A DNA stretch of 62,677 bases, counting the filler, from Sphacelaria rigidula (Eukaryota): NCBI GenBank assembly GCA_964200075.2. It is 9 parts of 9 records of this genome, joined end to end, with 100 filler letters (N's around TTAATTAATTAA, not from the genome) between each part and the next. Parts side by side here need not be neighbours in the genome. Positions count along the whole stretch, not along the records: positions 20,928 to 27,802 come from CAXNAA020017628.1; positions 27,903 to 34,777 come from CAXNAA020017629.1; positions 34,878 to 41,752 come from CAXNAA020017630.1; 6 more parts are not named here. One strand, given 5' to 3'. This document shows, in pieces, positions 25,231 through 37,134 of the stretch. The notes below the pieces were generated by a model. It made no database searches and had not been told where the DNA came from. It saw only the letters and a program-made list of their open reading frames with translations. Within the stretch, counting starts at the first letter, position 1. Each line of letters opens with the position of its first letter. Both the position numbers and the translations under genes were made by a program.

Positions 25231-27334
25231 TACTTGGTCCCCGATGCATGCAAGACTGGTGTGGCTTGTTCTGACCTGCCACGGGTTGCTGTTGTCGGTG
25301 GCGCTACGCCACCACCTGTGAGATCGAAACTGAGTGGGTGTCTACTATCTGGTGGGTTACACGATCATGTCCTGCACTACCTGACGCGACATACTGGCCA
25401 AAACACATTGATGCCCCGTTTCTTTCGTAACCCTGGCTCTTCATGTGCTCACAACCCGAGCCGCGAGGCGCCGCTACCGCTGTCTGCTCTCGACATCTCT
25501 CCCCATGAAACACGGTCGCTGGGACCGACCCAGGTGAAGGTGCCCCGATAAATCCCACGAATTTGGAGCGTCGGCAAACATCGTGTTCACGTCGCTACCC
25601 GCTTCTCCTGTCGATGTCGGCCCTGCCGGTAGACTGAGCCCGCGCCCTCATCCTCTCCCGTTTCCTCTCCCGCCGGCGGCGCCTCCCCCCCTTCCGCCGC
25701 CGCGCCCTCCGCAGCTGTGTGATATCGTGCTACCGCTGCCGGGGCGGGCGCCGGTTGCTGCTGCTGGTGAGCGGGCGGTTGGTGAACCTGAGGTGGTGTA
25801 TGCTGTGACGGGGTTGCCGGGGGCTGCGGGGGCGGGGACGGTATCGCTGTTTCGGCCGGCGCCGGCGCTGTCGGCGCCGGCGTAGCCTGCGCCTGCCCGG
25901 ATGCCAGTGGAGACACATCATGAGATCCTGCAGCTATTCCGCGTACACCGTTGGTTTTGCCAGTGAAAGACGCAAACATCCCAGGGCTCTACCACTGGAC
26001 TTTTCCTGCGCGAAGGTCGACGGGGTTCCAGCCGGGGTGGTGTTGCTCGAAGAAAGGAGAGCTGCGGAGCCTGCCTGTAACGTCGCTCGACGTTCCTTGT
26101 TTGGTTCAACCTCTCCGACCAGCCAGAATGCAGATTTTTCGACGAGGCAGCTGGGCCCGTCCTCGGTGACGCGGGCTTTCAGATTTGTTAAAGCCGGCGC
26201 CGTTACCGGCTCTCCCGTCGTCGACAGCGGAACGGCGGTCGGATATGTCCTCCGGATCTGTTGTGCCTGAACTGCCACCCCGTGAAAGGACTCCTCGATG
26301 CCGGTGTCCATGACTGTGAAAAGCATTGCGCGGACCGTCGTCCTGTGTGGGTAGTGTGATGTGTAATGATACTCCGTGTACTCCCTTACTTAGGTGGCTA
26401 CTGACTCGAACTCCGACTTAAGGGCGTGCGTGCGTGTCTTGCATAGTTCGGGAGCGTGCTCCATGGGGGTGAGCAAAACCGTAAACAGGGTCGCGACGAT
26501 CGTGCGAAAATGCACATCAGCTGGCATATACGTAGGGGTCGAGCCTGTTGGCACCGGTTTGTTTTCAAGCCCGTTGTCTGGAAATTGGCCAAATTTTGCA
26601 GCTGATGGGCGGATACCTGCGTAACGTGGGCCACCTCCTTGAGCGTAAGTTATTGGAGGTGGAAGGTGAGTTCTTCACTCACGTCAAAGCCTCCCCTCAA
26701 GAGAAAAAACACGGGCCCAGTGGTGACCGCGTTGGTGTGTTTGACTCTCGCTGCCGTCTGTGGGAGGTCCGCCGGTCCCTCCCCCAACCACGCTGTCTCC
26801 GTGTGGTGCCAGATTTTCACCTCCGCCTGCTTGAGCCGCGCCCCCGCCTATGCCGGACATGATGTAAAAAGTCGATCGATCCTCTGCGAAGCGCGCTAGT
26901 TCTTGCCTACTTTTACCTACTTGTGCTGCTTAGACCACTAGACCGCTGCTAGATGAAAGCTACCCGTTGCTGGTGACACTATCTTTACTCGTGTGTCTGG
27001 CAGCTGCGGCAACTTAGCTGCGATGGCCAACTTTTCTACTGGCAGTAGCATTGCGGTTGAGAAACAAGGACAGACGACGTACAGCAAATAAAAGCACGTA
27101 TATATTTTTCTGTACGTACGTCCCATATCGTCAGGATTCGTACACGCCTCCGCAAACACCGCTTTCATACTGAACGCTACATTTCCGCGAGTGTTTTCGT
27201 TAGGCGCATGTTACTCTGTACTGTCATGAGCGCGCCTGACCACCCAAAATGGGCGAAAAAGGTGTCACATCAAGTTCACGAACAGACTCGTGGGGCAAAA
27301 TGTGCCTTACGTCATCGGAAGAGGACGGCATGAA

Positions 27335-27715
27335 TCCAAAATTCATACGAGCACGAACTTGGCCAGCCCAGAAGCAAAAATATGGTTCGCAGGCGAATGC
27401 GCCGACCAATATGTAGAGTTGGAGCGTGAGTTTCGATATGGACGATGCATAAGGCATGAAAACAAGATTACAAAAGCACAAAGAGTTTGTTTTTCACAAT
27501 AGCCCTCAACTCATGAACATTTTTTTGATGCTTTTGCTTTTTTTATGCACTAGGCATTCTCCACACCAAAGTTTGCATTCGAACTCTAAATATTGAAATA
27601 TTGGCCGGCGCATTTGCTTTTAAAAAACCGCGTCGGTAGAAGTTCGGAACAGTATTTTCGCAGGCCACGCACCGGCCCACATTTGGTTTTTGTGTATTGA
27701 ATTTTCGTGTGGGCC
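27335..27715. mobile_element. Diverged foldback MITE
   Basis: Imperfect inverted arms gcgccgaccaatatgtagagttggag... and ...cgaactctaaatattgaaatattggccggcgc. Related to 27905-28254. Confidence 0.55.
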
Positions 27716-27904
27716 CTCGCTAGCGCATAATTAACAAAACTCAGTGGGTTAGGTGAAGTTTTTTTTTTTCGCTGGTTCAGGGCGTTCTACGAGCTGGGCC
27801 GGNNNNNNNNNNNNNNNNNNNNNNNNNNNNNNNNNNNNNNNNNNNNTTAATTAATTAANNNNNNNNNNNNNNNNNNNNNNNNNNNNNNNNNNNNNNNNNN
27901 NNTA

Positions 27905-28254
27905 CGAGCTGGGCCAGCCGAGAAGCGATTCTGCAGTTTGCAGGCCCATTATACGGTCAATACTTGGAGTTGGACCCTGAAATTTGGTATGGACAATGAG
28001 TAGGGCATAATAAAAACAATACTGGCGTTCACAAGGTTTTTTGTTTGTTTTTCTCATGAGTTAAGGGCAATAATCAGTTTTCAGATATCGGTAAAATGCC
28101 CCCAACTCATGAAAACAAAACCTTGTGTACGCCAGTAATTGTTTTTTATTGTGCCCTACTCATTGCCCATACCAAAATTCAGGGTCCAGCTTCAAGTATT
28201 GGCCGTATAATGGGCCTGCAAACTGCAGAATCGCTTCTCGGCTGGCCCAGCTCG
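27905..28254. mobile_element. Tc1/mariner-type foldback MITE with CGAG termini
   Basis: ta|cgagctgggccagccgagaagcg...cgcttctcggctggcccagctcg|ta. Inverted arms of about 160 bp and a TA TSD. Confidence 0.9.
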
Positions 28255-28256
28255 TA

Positions 28257-29021
28257 TCAATATCCCTTGCATCCAGGCAGGTGAACTGTTACAATCCTTG
28301 AGCGTAAGTATACTCGAATACCAATAACCGCGATACCGTGCGTCGCCGCGGAGGCGCAGCCCGCGCCACGACACTTACGCCGTTCAGCACCAACGGAATC
28401 CGAAGACGGAAGGCTTCGCGGTGATGATCGCTGCTGACTTGTGCTGGCACACTCTGTCGCCCCCACAGGCCAGGCATTGTTTTGGTGGCAGAGGGCGCCG
28501 CCGACCCGATACCAAGCGGAGGCACTCTTCTTCTTCAGCAGAGGCGACGCTATGGCGATGCCCACAGGGTATACTTCAGTGGCGGTGTTCAGTGGTACGA
28601 CTGATGTTGCCGCGGTGCCCGGTGCTCTGGCACGTCTTTCTTCATCTTGAAACATGGAGTTGAATTCCTCATCTTCATGAGGCTCCCGGGGCAGCTCCCC
28701 CGCGTTCGCGCGGGGTGGTATCGGCTTCTTCGAGAGTCGTCGACCGATGCGACGGCGATAACTCCCGTGTGTTTCGTTCTGACGCCGACGTACTCGATCA
28801 TTACAAGATTGGGTCTCACCTGCCAGATCGACTTGGTAGCTTTGACGCTCTGCGCTGCCGCATCCGTTTTGTCCCGTCGCCGTTCCCTGGTTTTCTATAA
28901 CTGTCCCCCCCGAGGTTGCGCTTGGCGCCCCCGAGTCACGGTTCGGTGCAGTCGCAGTGCGTTTCCCGTAGGACTGAAACTTTTCCCCTTGCGAGCTGCG
29001 CCTCGGTGATCGACGTGGCCC
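28257..29021 (-). CDS. Possible low-complexity exon of an unknown gene
   Basis: Stop-free frame from a ctccag acceptor (29022-24) through the listed ORF 28257-28655. No recognisable domain. Confidence 0.3.
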   Translation of the reverse strand, partial: GPRRSPRRSSQGEKFQSYGKRTATAPNRDSGAPSATSGGTVIENQGTATGQNGCGSAERQSYQVDLAGETQSCNDRVRRRQNETHGSYRRRIGRRLSKKPIPPRANAGELPREPHEDEEFNSMFQDEERRARAPGTAATSVVPLNTATEVYPVGIAIASPLLKKKSASAWYRVGGALCHQNNAWPVGATECASTSQQRSSPRSLPSSDSVGAERRKCRGAGCASAATHGIAVIGIRVYLRSRIVTVHLPGCKGY

Positions 29022-31009
29022 CTGGAGATTTCGTTCAGATATTCCGCGGGTACTATACGTTTGAAGTCTGTCGGTCGAGATCTACTCTCAACCACGGACG
29101 TGGCATGTGTCGAACGGGATGGCGGCCCGAGCGATCCAGGTGCTTTAATCCTGCCCAGAAGAGATAGAAGGACGCGTAATGTGTGCAACATCTCTGCTGA
29201 TTGTTCTGTTTGAAATGCGAGTGTCGTAGTCGGGGATTCATGTGAAGGTCTGCCCTGCACAAATCTAGGCCGCCGCAATTTCGTTCAAAAGCCATGATAT
29301 AACCGAAAACATGGGCAAAATACTCAGATGCATGGGATCTTCGGCATTTCTAGAGTGCAGGATATTACTGCAACAGGGGACTCGTGCCACTCTTACCTAG
29401 GGATCGTTTTTGGTGTCATATCAGATGGAATCATCGCAACCTTCTGGCGGTTGGGACGCCGGTTCGAATCTCGGTGAAGTCACCCGATTTGGGGATCTTT
29501 CTCACACCATGCCGAGAAATGGAGAGTGACAAAAGGAATTGATGAAATCCATCCGTGCTGAAGATGAAAGGAGTTGGCTGAAGTTTGAACAAGTTTAACT
29601 TTCGCTGCACACTAGTGCATGGAAGCTCTCGAGTGCAAAATATCGTACAAACAGGACACCCCAGTTTAGTATCGTACAGCACAGTACAGCACAGAGCAGT
29701 GAGGTGTAGTGCAGTACAAACCACTGTACACTTGGTGAAGTATAATACTTGGTGCTGAATTGCTTGGAACGCACGATAAAATAGCCATGTACCGCTGGTG
29801 CATAGTAGGGCATATATATATATATATATATATTTGTGTGTGTGTGTGGCGGTCGGGTCCAAGCCTGCAAGAATCAATTCCCGCTCGTTACTGCGGTCAT
29901 GGGTTGCGTGTAGATCGGGAGGTGGCAGTGTTCATGAACGCCGATTCACATCGCTGCTAGTGTCCCTGCTGACGAAAGGAGCGCATGTTGGGAACCTGCA
30001 CCCGGCTTCAAACGACCCTCTACTCGTATTGACGTCAACAGAGTTGACACGCACATAGATTTTGACTTGTGAAGTTGAACCGTACTAGAGTGTCACGATC
30101 GCACGCTGCGACTATCATATATGATATGGAATATACAACTCTGTTGCCACAGGCCGATACAGCATGAGAACCGCACGATGGAAAACGCGTTGGATCAAAA
30201 GCATTGGTCTTCAACCCTCCACTCGCCCACTCTCCGGGACACTCGCTGAAAATAGATGGGGAGGGACCCAGCTCGTACGCGTGTGTTCTTTCCTTCCGGT
30301 GTATGCACGTGACCTCTGTAGGATCCATGAGTGAGAGCCGTAACCTGTCCCCACGGCGTTTTGGTTCCTTGGTTGCGTGTGCTATTATGCAAGACATTTT
30401 CCACGTGAAGTCATAGTGCAGAGGCCGGCCATTTGCTAGGTTTGTTTTGTGGTTGTTTTGTTTACTCTTCGCTTGTGTGTGTGGAGGTCGCCATTTTGCG
30501 TGTGCAGATAAATTTTTCCCATGACGTTCAAACCAGACAAAGCCGTTACAGATGTAGTACTAACTGTAGACTGCTCGAGAGGCCCGAACCTCTCATATCT
30601 GTACAGCTGACTCTGCGACCCTAGATAGCAGGATCTGGCCGGTGAACCACGGTCAAGCACCTGGGAATCACTCGAACTTTACATCTTCCCCTATAACCGG
30701 TGTCCAGTGATTCAACCGCCTAAGGACTCGACTGCGGTCGATCCTTGTCCACACTATCCGAGGAAAATCATCGGCCACGTTTGACGGTTGCTACCGTCCA
30801 CCGTACGTCTCTCGACCTTCACTTTCAGTTGTTTTCACTTCACTCTGTGTCTGTTTCATCTCTCTGTTTCCTTCACTTCCCTTCAGCGAGCGTTTCCATT
30901 TTGCTTCATCTCGGGTACGTCTATCATGTTACTACGGTTGGATCTCTGGGGGGTTAGTTCATGTACGACCATCAATCGAATCAATCGCTCACTCAATCTG
31001 ATACCCACC

Positions 31010-31410
31010 TGGGATACCGTATCCACCTATGATATCAATGTGGGATACGGACATTCGTCTGGGATATGGAAATCTGAAATGGATCCCCCACATGACCATG
31101 AACATTCACGATGAATATCGGTATCTCTATTAGTATCGTTATCCCGGGGATGGACATCGCCGGTGAGTATCCCAGGTTGACATTCCCGGTGGACGTCATA
31201 CCCCAGATGGATATCCCGGATGACATTGATATCTTGGACGAATATCTCGGATGGACATCCATATCCCAGATGGATGTCCTTACCACATACCCTAGATGAA
31301 TATCCTTTTCCCAGACGGATATCCCGGAGTAATAGACACATCCCAGATGAATGTATAAACGGATCTGATATCCCGGACGGACACCCCAGATGGATGTTCA
31401 TGTCCCACAT
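31010..31410. repeat. Degenerate short-period direct and inverted array
   Basis: Many copies of atatccc[ag]gatgg and of its complement tgggata. Confidence 0.6.
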
Positions 31411-31944
31411 AGTGATTGCTCGATAATTCACGACCGTGCAACTTCCTGGACCTATCGATACTATCCCCCGCCGGCGCCTTTTCCCAGCGTCGGCGATTCT
31501 TCGAGTCCCCCGTTAGCACCAACTTATGTTGCTGCATTTGGTGTTCAATTGATACCTGCGGAGTGCACCTTCTCGCTGCTAGCACGACCTTCAGACAGTG
31601 AACGACATCCCCGTGAATGGGGAGAAATATTCGGTTGATAAAGTACCCATTCACGACAGGGACTTCACTTCTGCATTATTCTAACTTTCCGACAGCAGTA
31701 ATCCGTAGAAAGATGTTGGTTCTCGGTGAAATTTCAGCAACGTGCTTCTCCAAAATCCACGTACTCGAAGGAACTAGCCACGAAACCGTGATTGCCGAAG
31801 GGCTTGTGGAGAAACGTAATATGCTTGACAAATGGTCACACCCGAGAAAAAGCATCAATCTCTCGAAAATGATCCGGTCCCGGCGACTGACCCCACTCTA
31901 CCGCCCGTACTAGCGGTAGCGCTGGGCGACGGCTTTCGTGAAGG

Positions 31945-32093
31945 TCATGGCGAGGAATCGGGCAGTGTGGCCACCTCCCTCGGCCCTACAACCATGGCGG
32001 CCAACCAAGCTTCTTCACGGGCAGCTACCCTCAACAGCTCNNNNNNNNNNCTTCGCGATCTGAGCGTGCCTCGCCGACAGCCCCTACCTGAGC
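31945..32093 (-). CDS. Unknown coiled-coil protein, probable terminal exon (spans a 10-N gap)
   Basis: ctccag acceptor, then AQVGAVGEARSDRE, the gap, and ELLRVAAREEAWLAAM...*. The frame across the gap is uncertain. Confidence 0.45.
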
Positions 32094-32262
32094 CTGGAGT
32101 AGTTGTAGCAGCAGCAACAATGAAAGCAGCAGCAATTGACATCACTAAGAAAAGAACAAGCGATACACACACCGTTGATTCCGACTTAGCAGTAGCGAGC
32201 GAAACGATTTAATATGTATCTCTTCAAGCAAGCAAAACGGCTGCCCAGAGGTTTTGCCACAC

Positions 32263-32544
32263 CTCCATCCGTATCCGCTGCCTTCTTATCCACCTCTTAG
32301 CCCCCTGTTTCTGGGCCTGAAGTTGTCCCATCATCGAGCAGAACGCCTCATCCAATCTATCCAACTCCCGCTCTGTCACCCTTCCCCAGTATCCCCCTCC
32401 CCCATGGCGGCTCGCACCTCCGCCGCCTCCCCGACCCCTGTCTCGACCCGTACCCGAAGCCCTTTGACTACCAGCAGACGATGGCGAAGATGTCCGCCCC
32501 TTCATGTCAGGCTGGAAAACCGGGGCCGTGTGGATCAACCTTGA
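32263..32544 (-). CDS. Unknown coiled-coil protein, exon C
   Basis: cag acceptor and GTGTGG donor; 282 nt. Translates SRLIHTAPVFQP...ERELDRLDEAFCSMMGQLQAQKQGAKRWIRRQRIRME. Confidence 0.65.
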
Positions 32545-32912
32545 CTGTTCCATGCGTTGATATGATGTATGGAGCAGAAGGATGAAAATGGGACAACTAT
32601 TGGCGTGGGGAGGGTCGGGGAAGGGATTCGTCGTGCTCCATTATTTTCTGTACGAAACATCAGCTGAAAGTGGAAACAGCACAAGACGGAGTGAGAGGAG
32701 CGGGGTTTGCTAGGTGCGGTAGGGGTGGCAGGGATTCATTTCCGGCTTCCGGTACTTTAACATTCCTGCCGCACGACTGTCTGATCAAAAAGAGGCTGCA
32801 GTGTTTGATCATGTGGTAATTGGCCGATCAAAGCTTGTCCTCGTTTCGAAAACTGGCTTATCGCCCGTCATTTCCTCCGAGAACCGGCGAACCAGGAAGG
32901 GCTTCTATTCAC

Positions 32913-33182
32913 CTGTTTCTCCCTGCTTCGCCATGGATGACTGTGAACATCGCCGGTACCGTTTCCAGAGGTTCCCCCCACAACTGGGACCTTCTCATGG
33001 TTCGTCTCACCGCAACCGGCACGCAAAGCAGCTGAAGTACTGGGTGCTCGCCTTGCCCGCTCAGACGCTGAGTATGTGCCTCCTGCGATGTTTTCGCTGC
33101 CGTTGTTTCGACCGGCTTCCAAAGCTGTCCTACGCGCCTCATACTCAGCGTCCAACTTCAATTCGTGTGCTGTCCAATCGGT
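32913..33182 (-). CDS. Unknown coiled-coil protein, exon B
   Basis: aag acceptor and GTGAAT donor; 270 nt. Translates TDWTAHELKLDAEYEARRTALE...PWRSREKQ. Confidence 0.65.
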
Positions 33183-33616
33183 CTTCCGTTCGATTGTCGA
33201 GAGGAGTGGTGTCACCGCGTCAAAATGACGGAGAGGGTAGACCGGGTATTAGGCTCGTTTGTCAAAGAGGAGGTGCTTCATACAGATTCATCACAGGCAT
33301 CAGAACAATAAGATAGAGCCGTTAAACCTGACAACCGGGGCTTTGACACCGAGTCGTAACGAGCGCAATAGCTGGTACGAGCGAAAATTTGGGACACGGT
33401 CTAAACGTCTTTTTCAGATTGATGGTCGACTGTCACTTCAATTCTTCGTGTTTCCCCCCGCTATCAGTCGGTTGTCTTGCCCCCTGGTACCTCTACCACA
33501 GAAGCTGTTTCACTCGTGGAAACTGTGTCAATTCATCATGCTCCCAGCTACGACCCTGTCCCCGTTCCCGCCAGCATCCCCGGGCCCCTCCAGCTCATAT
33601 ACACAGCCAACACGAC

Positions 33617-33907
33617 CTCGAGCCTCTGGAGTTGCAAGCCGAAAGCGTTGTCCAGGCTGAAGAGTTCGTTTTCCGCCCATCTAGCCGCGGAGGTTGCCCG
33701 CAACTCCGCTTCCTTCGCCTCGAAGTCCTCGTCTCGCGGGAAACTTGTGGTACGTCCTTCAGCTTCGCGCGGTAAGCACTCCCGTTGTTGGTGTCGTCGG
33801 ACGGTACTATGTTTCCCTTCGGTTGAATCGATAGCCGTGTTCTGGATTAATCCTCCGCCGTTGTTCGGTCTTAGAAAAGGTTGTGTGACAGTTCTCCGAT
33901 CGGACCG
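33617..33907 (-). CDS. Unknown coiled-coil protein, exon A
   Basis: cag acceptor and GT donor; 291 nt, phase 0. Translates ...EDFEAKEAELRATSAARWAENELFSLDNAFGLQLQRLE. Confidence 0.65.
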
Positions 33908-34451
33908 CTGGACGTACGTGTGGTAAGGGTTTTCAAGAGACGGTACGTGGGGGGTGGCGGGCGGGGGGCGGTTGTCATCGTGTGCGTGCGATGGCGATGA
34001 ATACCCACCCTTCGAGGACTCTGTGAACAAGTGAGAGGGGGAAGGGCGTTTGTGGCGGCGATTGTAGTATTTCAGGTGGGCCTGTATGAGTTCAATTGAT
34101 GCAGAAACGAACAGCAAGAGTTGACGGAAAATCCATGCTGCGTTGTGAAATTTCTTCCGAGTATCAGTCATCCTCTCGGCCTCTTATATACTTTGGAATC
34201 TGTACACATGCTAATCGTTCCACCTGCGTAGTCCTTTGTGCCAGTGGCTTGAACCGAGAGTGTTGTGTGGAGTAGGCCTCATGCGAGCAGGGTCATGATA
34301 GTATTGGTATTGCGTAAAGGCGTGATGTAGTGTCATCAGAAATTACGACAGGTACATGCATGGTCTATGGTGTCTCTACAGTACGCTTCCGTCTGTTCTA
34401 CCACTTTACGTCATAGTGTAAAGTGCAGAAAGTACGTTAACCGGTGTCCGT

Positions 34452-34700
34452 GCCTCGGTGGTGGAAATGGTATGCACTGCTGACGGTTGGGGGGGAGTGG
34501 GGAGTTCGATTCCTGGTAAATACATTCCTATACGTTTTTTATTTCTCGGGAGGATCTGACTTTTCAGCCGTTCGACACGTGAGGGCGTGAGTACAGCTAA
34601 GGATTTCGACAACAGTTGACGCTGTTTGGAAGTGCTGATCCAATCCACCGTACGAACATGTCAGGCATGTGCCGGGGGGGGGAGATGAGGGAATCCAGGG
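34452..34700 (+). mobile_element. tRNA-derived SINE (family 2), diverged copy
   Basis: A box TGGTGGAAATGG and B box AGTTCGATTCC. The body ggaagtgctgatccaatcc is shared with 39923-40200. Confidence 0.65.
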
Positions 34701-35748
34701 ACACTGCGGATTCGTTCTTCATCCCGATGGCGGGGAGGAGGGGCGGGGGGGGGGGGCGTACTCATTTGTTGCTTGCCNNNNNNNNNNNNNNNNNNNNNNN
34801 NNNNNNNNNNNNNNNNNNNNNTTAATTAATTAANNNNNNNNNNNNNNNNNNNNNNNNNNNNNNNNNNNNNNNNNNNNCAGCTACCGAGATCAACTGCCTC
34901 TATACCGCTTCTTCATCCCCGCCCACTACATACACGTTGATTGCACACTGCAGGTCATCGCCAGAGGGACAAGCAGAACTCATGACAGTAGATCATTTTG
35001 TGTTTCGACAGCCCACCTGGTTTTAGGGCGTGGTGAAAAAACCACATGGTAGCATGTACACTCCTTCCCGGTTTTCCGGTCGACCCTGTGTTAGTGTAAT
35101 TATTACGTTTTACTAGGAAATTGAGACCAAAAAAACCCACCGGAAAACTCGGGAAAGGTATACTGAGTGCAAGTCACATCATATACCAAGCTCCGACCGC
35201 CCTGCATTTGGAAACCTGCGAAGGCTTATCTGGGCCAGGGATAGGATCCCCACACGATCTTTACAGTGGCATCATACTCGCCAACAACCCCAGCACCGGT
35301 TGTTCGGGTCTGGTCGATGAATTTCGCCTCGCCGTGATTGGGCAGGTCGCTCGAAGACTTGTTTATAATTATTTCACTAACACAGGGTCAACCCTGTGTT
35401 AGTGGGGGGTCGGTCCCGAAAGGGTTAAGGGCCCCCCTTGATACGTACGGAAACGGCCCCTTAATACGTACTTCTTCTGTCCCAGAGGTCTGTGTGGTTA
35501 TGGGGTGCAGGTCGCATCTCCCGAACGGAGGCACTCATGATGCTATCGGTAGGATCGGTGAAGATATCGAATTATGCACATGTTCATGAAACAAGGGGGG
35601 GGTGTACTCATGATCATGCATGCTATAGTCAGAAACAAGGAGGGAGGGGGAAAGAAATGTATCGTGTGCACAAGTCCCTCCCGTTTCCCGCTGTGACTGC
35701 TGACTACGCATCCGTCCTTGTGCTCTTCTCGTCGGTTAAATAAACAAG

Positions 35749-35938
35749 GCACCACATGAGCAAGTGCGCGCAGAACATGCTGGGGAAGCTGCTCGCCCTG
35801 GACATGAAGCCAAGGGGAATCGCCATCTGTAATTTGCATCCCGGTTTCATGAAGACTAGCATGACCAAAATATACGCCGATAAATACGAAGAGCTGGGCG
35901 CTATCGGCCCTGAAGAAGCTGCGCCCGGCATCGTGAAG
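35749..35938 (+). CDS. Short-chain dehydrogenase/reductase (C-factor/CsgA-like), internal exon
   Basis: aag acceptor and GTATGC donor. Translates (G)HHMSKCAQNMLGKLLALDMKPRGIAICNLHPGFMKTSMT...EEAAPGIVK. Confidence 0.88.
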
Positions 35939-36608
35939 GTATGCTGCGCCGCAAAAAAACACTCGTCAACAGACAGTTGTGGGTCAGAATGGGAGCCGAT
36001 TTGGGGTACTGTATTCCGGGAAAGTCCGCCCCGACCGCTGTATGCGTAAGAACTGGATCGTAATCGGACGAACCATATCAATCGATATTACACGCGTCAC
36101 CTCGAAATGACGACCGCGCGCTCATACAAGATGTGCTATGATTACAGTACGTTCTACAACAAACCTGTGACTGACGTTTCTGTACACCTGTAAGCAGGGT
36201 TACAACAACAGGAGGACAGAAGCTGCTGCTCGTGTTTGTTGTTGTGCCCCTCTTGTCGCAGTAAGTGTTGTGCCGATCGCGCAACGCTTTTATCTCGGGA
36301 ACGGAAGCGGAGGATTGAACTGCGGTTTTTTGCGCGCGCTTTTCACACACCCGAGCTAGGTCCTCAGGTTACTTCATTGCCTTTGCGCGTGACACTAAGC
36401 CTCAACGAACCCAAATATACCAAAATAGGCTGTTTTTTTTCGGCTTTTGGGGAGCTTTTTCCGGTCAGCTGTCGCGACTTGAGCAAAATGTGTAACCAGG
36501 TTTCCTAGCTGTTGTGTGTATGCGGAGGGCTGTGAAGTGCCGTGGGCCGGCTTTTTTCCTGTGTCGAGAACCGCGCGATCTCAGATGCTACAGCTCTCCC
36601 ATACTTAA

Positions 36609-36751
36609 CCCGTAGACCACGAGGTTAGTCTCCTGTTGAATCGGCATCAATTTCAAGTGAAAAAAAGGTTAGTCTTCTGTTGAATCGGCATCAATTTCAA
36701 GTGAAAAAAAAGTATGCATGATCCAGAAAGACTAATCTCGTGGTCTAGGGG
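36609..36751. mobile_element. piggyBac-like MITE, 143 bp
   Basis: TTAA|cccgtagaccacgaggttagtct...agactaatctcgtggtctagggg|TTAA, with an internal tandem duplication of about 44 bp. Confidence 0.85.
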
Positions 36752-37134
36752 TTAATAAGTGATGAAGAGTGTGTTCTGCTTGTGAGGGCCTCGGTACAGG
36801 TGCGACCACCTACTGACGTGTTCACTCTTCCTCCGCGTTTATTATTATTTTGTTTTGCCGGGTGGAGTTTTGGTCGTGAGGTCCCCCATTCCGACCCACA
36901 AGAGTGCGACACAGACGGTAATGGTACACTGCACGTGCACCAGGAAGAATATTCATGAAAAAAGTATTGCGCTATTTTGCACAACAGACCGTGGCAGTGT
37001 GCCTGCAGTTCTATCTTGTTTTCTTTGGACGGTTATGTGAAGCGGTTGTTAGCCTGGCGTGTACTGTACACCAGCTTGGTTCTGTTTTTTTTCTTCCTTT
37101 TTTTTTGCTGTATTTCGGCCGTGTTTTCGAGGTT

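Larger units (their letters stand above)
20940..26900 (-). mobile_element. DIRS/Ngaro-like tyrosine-recombinase retrotransposon (degenerate)
   Basis: Order on the minus strand: gag-like region with a CCCH-type finger (about 25920-25990), RT, RNase H, tyrosine recombinase. Frameshifts and stops throughout. Outer boundaries are approximate. Confidence 0.88.

Noticed and set aside
27788-27920. Apparent overlap across the spacer (tacgagctgggcc on both sides)
   Set aside because: Both contigs simply break at the same high-copy TIR, so this is not evidence of adjacency.
29538-29582. C/D box snoRNA (TGATGA...CTGA)
   Set aside because: It is only about 42 nt and lies within a SINE-like repeat.
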